DNA of 39,256 nucleotides, from contig JBEWZL010000081.1 of assembly GCA_045837725.1 (NCBI GenBank), positions 62,001-101,256 on the forward strand, in the 5' to 3' direction. The position numbers and the translations under genes were made by a program. How positions within the stretch are numbered: the first letter of the stretch is position 1; each line of letters begins with the position of its first letter. This DNA comes from Vermamoeba vermiformis (Eukaryota). Below the pieces are notes generated by a model. The model made no database searches, was not told the origin of the DNA, and worked only from the letters and a program-made list of their open reading frames with translations. Below are positions 37,702 to 39,256 of this stretch, in pieces.

Positions 37702-39226
37702 ATGGCAAGGTAAGTCCACGTGCTTTGAAATCTCTGGTGAAATTTCGTTTCCCTGTCCCGATTAGCAGCCAATAGGGAGCAATTTTAAGTTGTTAATTTT
37801 ACAATCCCGATTGGCTGCGTATCGGGAAGCTCCAATTTTTTTAATTCGTTGGTAGCAATCCCGATTGGCTCCAGATCGGGAAGACCCAAATTTAACGAGG
37901 CCCTCGTTAACATCCCGATTGGCAGCCAATCGGGAAAGGAAGGGTTTTTGTCTATGTTGTGGTTCATCCCGATTGGCAGCCAATCGGGAAAGCTCAAATT
38001 TTACAAGTCCCAAGGGTCTTCCCGATTGGCAGCCAATCGGGAAGGGTGCCCTGGGTTGTTTCTTTGCATCATCCCGATTGGCGCCAGATCGGGAAACCTT
38101 TTGGTCTAGTCTACTTTTTGCAAACTTACTAACCTTTTTAACCTGCAGTAACAACACCAACAGATCGTTCAACCCCCCTCGCCAGCACACCGCCGAAGAG
38201 CTGGATAACATGGTACAGCACGTCACAAGGTCTGTGACCAGGAACTCACCCCCAGCTGCCCAAGGCCCAAACAACAACGTCAGCCCTCCGCGACCTGGCC
38301 AAGCAAAGACCCAAGCAGTGGCCAAGGGAGGACTCAAGCTCGCCCTGCCAAGGAGCACCATTGGTGGCAAAGCCCAGGCAATTTTGGCTCCGTCAACACC
38401 ACCCAAGGAAAGGCTTATCCCCCAGTTTGCCACCCCAGACAAGTTTCTTATGGCTGAGGCGGATGACTCTTCCTCTGCCGAAGGTGATGCCGCTGGTGAT
38501 GCCATTGGCCAGGACAACTTCGATGGGATCACCGACACTCAGGCTATAAGGGCAATCGAGGCTTTGGAGTCCGAAGCTGCTGCAGGATCAACAAGACCCG
38601 AGGTTGGCGAGAAAGATAGCGAACCCCAGCAGCAGATGTCGTTGCGAGAATGGGTGGAGCAGCAAATGGACTTGGTGTCCACCGCATCAACATCCATGTC
38701 CAAATTCAGCGATGACATACGTTCGACAGGCCCTACAAATGGCAACTGGTTTATTGAGCCAGATGCCCAGAACCAAGTGTTGGTTTACCGTGGGACCATG
38801 TTCGATGATAAGAACCAGGTCATCAAATTGTCGGGGCCACAAATTATGCTCAAGGTGGTGAAAGCCAACCCATACCAATGGCTTGCCATGCTAGACTTTT
38901 CGCGAGAGGTGCCCACGCTTTACTCACTGAAGGTTACGTCTTGCTGGGCCGTCGACAGTGTCAATGGATGCCTGAAATCCTGGAAGTTGACAAAGCATAC
39001 GACAAAAGGCCAAATCAGCTGGAAGTTTGAAGAGCGGTTCAAAAATTGGAAAAACATGTACGACTTGGCCGTGCAGGAGGGTCCAGTGTCACGACCTGAC
39101 CAACTGACCGATAACCAGCTCGAGTCCATCAGAGAGCTTGAAACCAGGGAGGAGGTCATGATCCAATTGAGCACCCCAGCCCCGCCAGCAAAGGACCCCG
39201 AACCCACGATTACCGAAGAGCAGCAA
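37702..39226 (+). CDS. Unknown protein, 5' part (exon 37702-37709 + exon 38149-39226), probably continuing beyond the window
   Basis: ATG GCA AG|GTAAGT donor at 37710. TACTAAC branch (38127-38133) plus pyrimidine tract and CAG acceptor at 38148 give in-frame MASNNTNRSFNPPR. Open to a second GTAAGT donor at 39227. Disordered Pro/acidic N-half, then a ~130 aa Trp-rich globular segment. Confidence 0.7.
37756..38094. repeat. CRISPR-like array: seven 23-bp palindromic repeats (consensus TCCCGATTGGCAGCCAATCGGGA) with 26-31 nt variable spacers
   Basis: Repeats start at 37756, 37805, 37859, 37913, 37967, 38020 and 38072 (period 49, 54, 54, 54, 53, 52). Degenerate outliers at 37385 and 37454. Confidence 0.92.
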
Positions 39227-39256
39227 GTAAGTTTGGTGCAATTCTAGAATACATCC

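Larger units (their letters stand above)
36240..39256. mobile_element. Putative repeat/mobile-element or endogenous viral region (class unassigned)
   Basis: Abrupt CpG depletion, decayed coding-like sequence, GC-rich palindromes, tandem repeats, B-boxes and a compositionally distinct ORF. No transposase, RT or capsid motif is visible within the window. Confidence 0.5.

Noticed and set aside
37756..38094. Calling the array a bona fide prokaryotic CRISPR
   Set aside because: No cas genes, eukaryotic intron context, variable repeat centres and partly similar spacers. Reported as CRISPR-like only.
37762..38538. Minus-strand 258-aa ORF and the N-terminal 95 aa of the 37865 ORF (SRLAANRE repeats)
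   Set aside because: By-products of the palindromic array with a 54-bp period and of antisense to a GC-rich exon. Strong splice signals place the array in an intron.

Overview
Gene-dense eukaryotic DNA with short AT-rich GT-AG introns (about 45-200 nt; CTAAY branch sites), most consistent with an amoebozoan-type protist (inference). Bases 1-36127 hold about 15 intron-containing host-like genes: an LRR/RNI-like fragment, a DUF2306-like membrane domain fused to a cytochrome b5 reductase domain, a DUF547 protein, a small frameshifted ~81 aa gene, a SET/post-SET methyltransferase, an F-box + SNF2 helicase, a tandem double SET (Rubisco-LSMT type) protein, a class I methyltransferase, an M28/PA aminopeptidase, a PPR protein, a head-to-head pair of aspartate-semialdehyde dehydrogenase and aspartokinase-homoserine dehydrogenase, a LEA-like protein with a possible alternative peroxisomal (-AKL) exon, a secreted bacterial-type beta-helix protein, a putative nuclear TPR-like protein and a TTC39/IML2 protein. 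From ~36240 the sequence changes abruptly. It becomes CpG-depleted and carries GC-rich palindromes, a 35-bp tandem repeat and a pair of inverted Pol III B-boxes. It then has a CRISPR-like array of seven 23-bp palindromes with 26-31 nt variable spacers. This array lies entirely inside the predicted first intron of an unknown gene that runs off the window end. That terminal region, probably a mobile or viral element, is the best candidate for an undescribed system. All family assignments come from motif recognition by eye, not from database searches.
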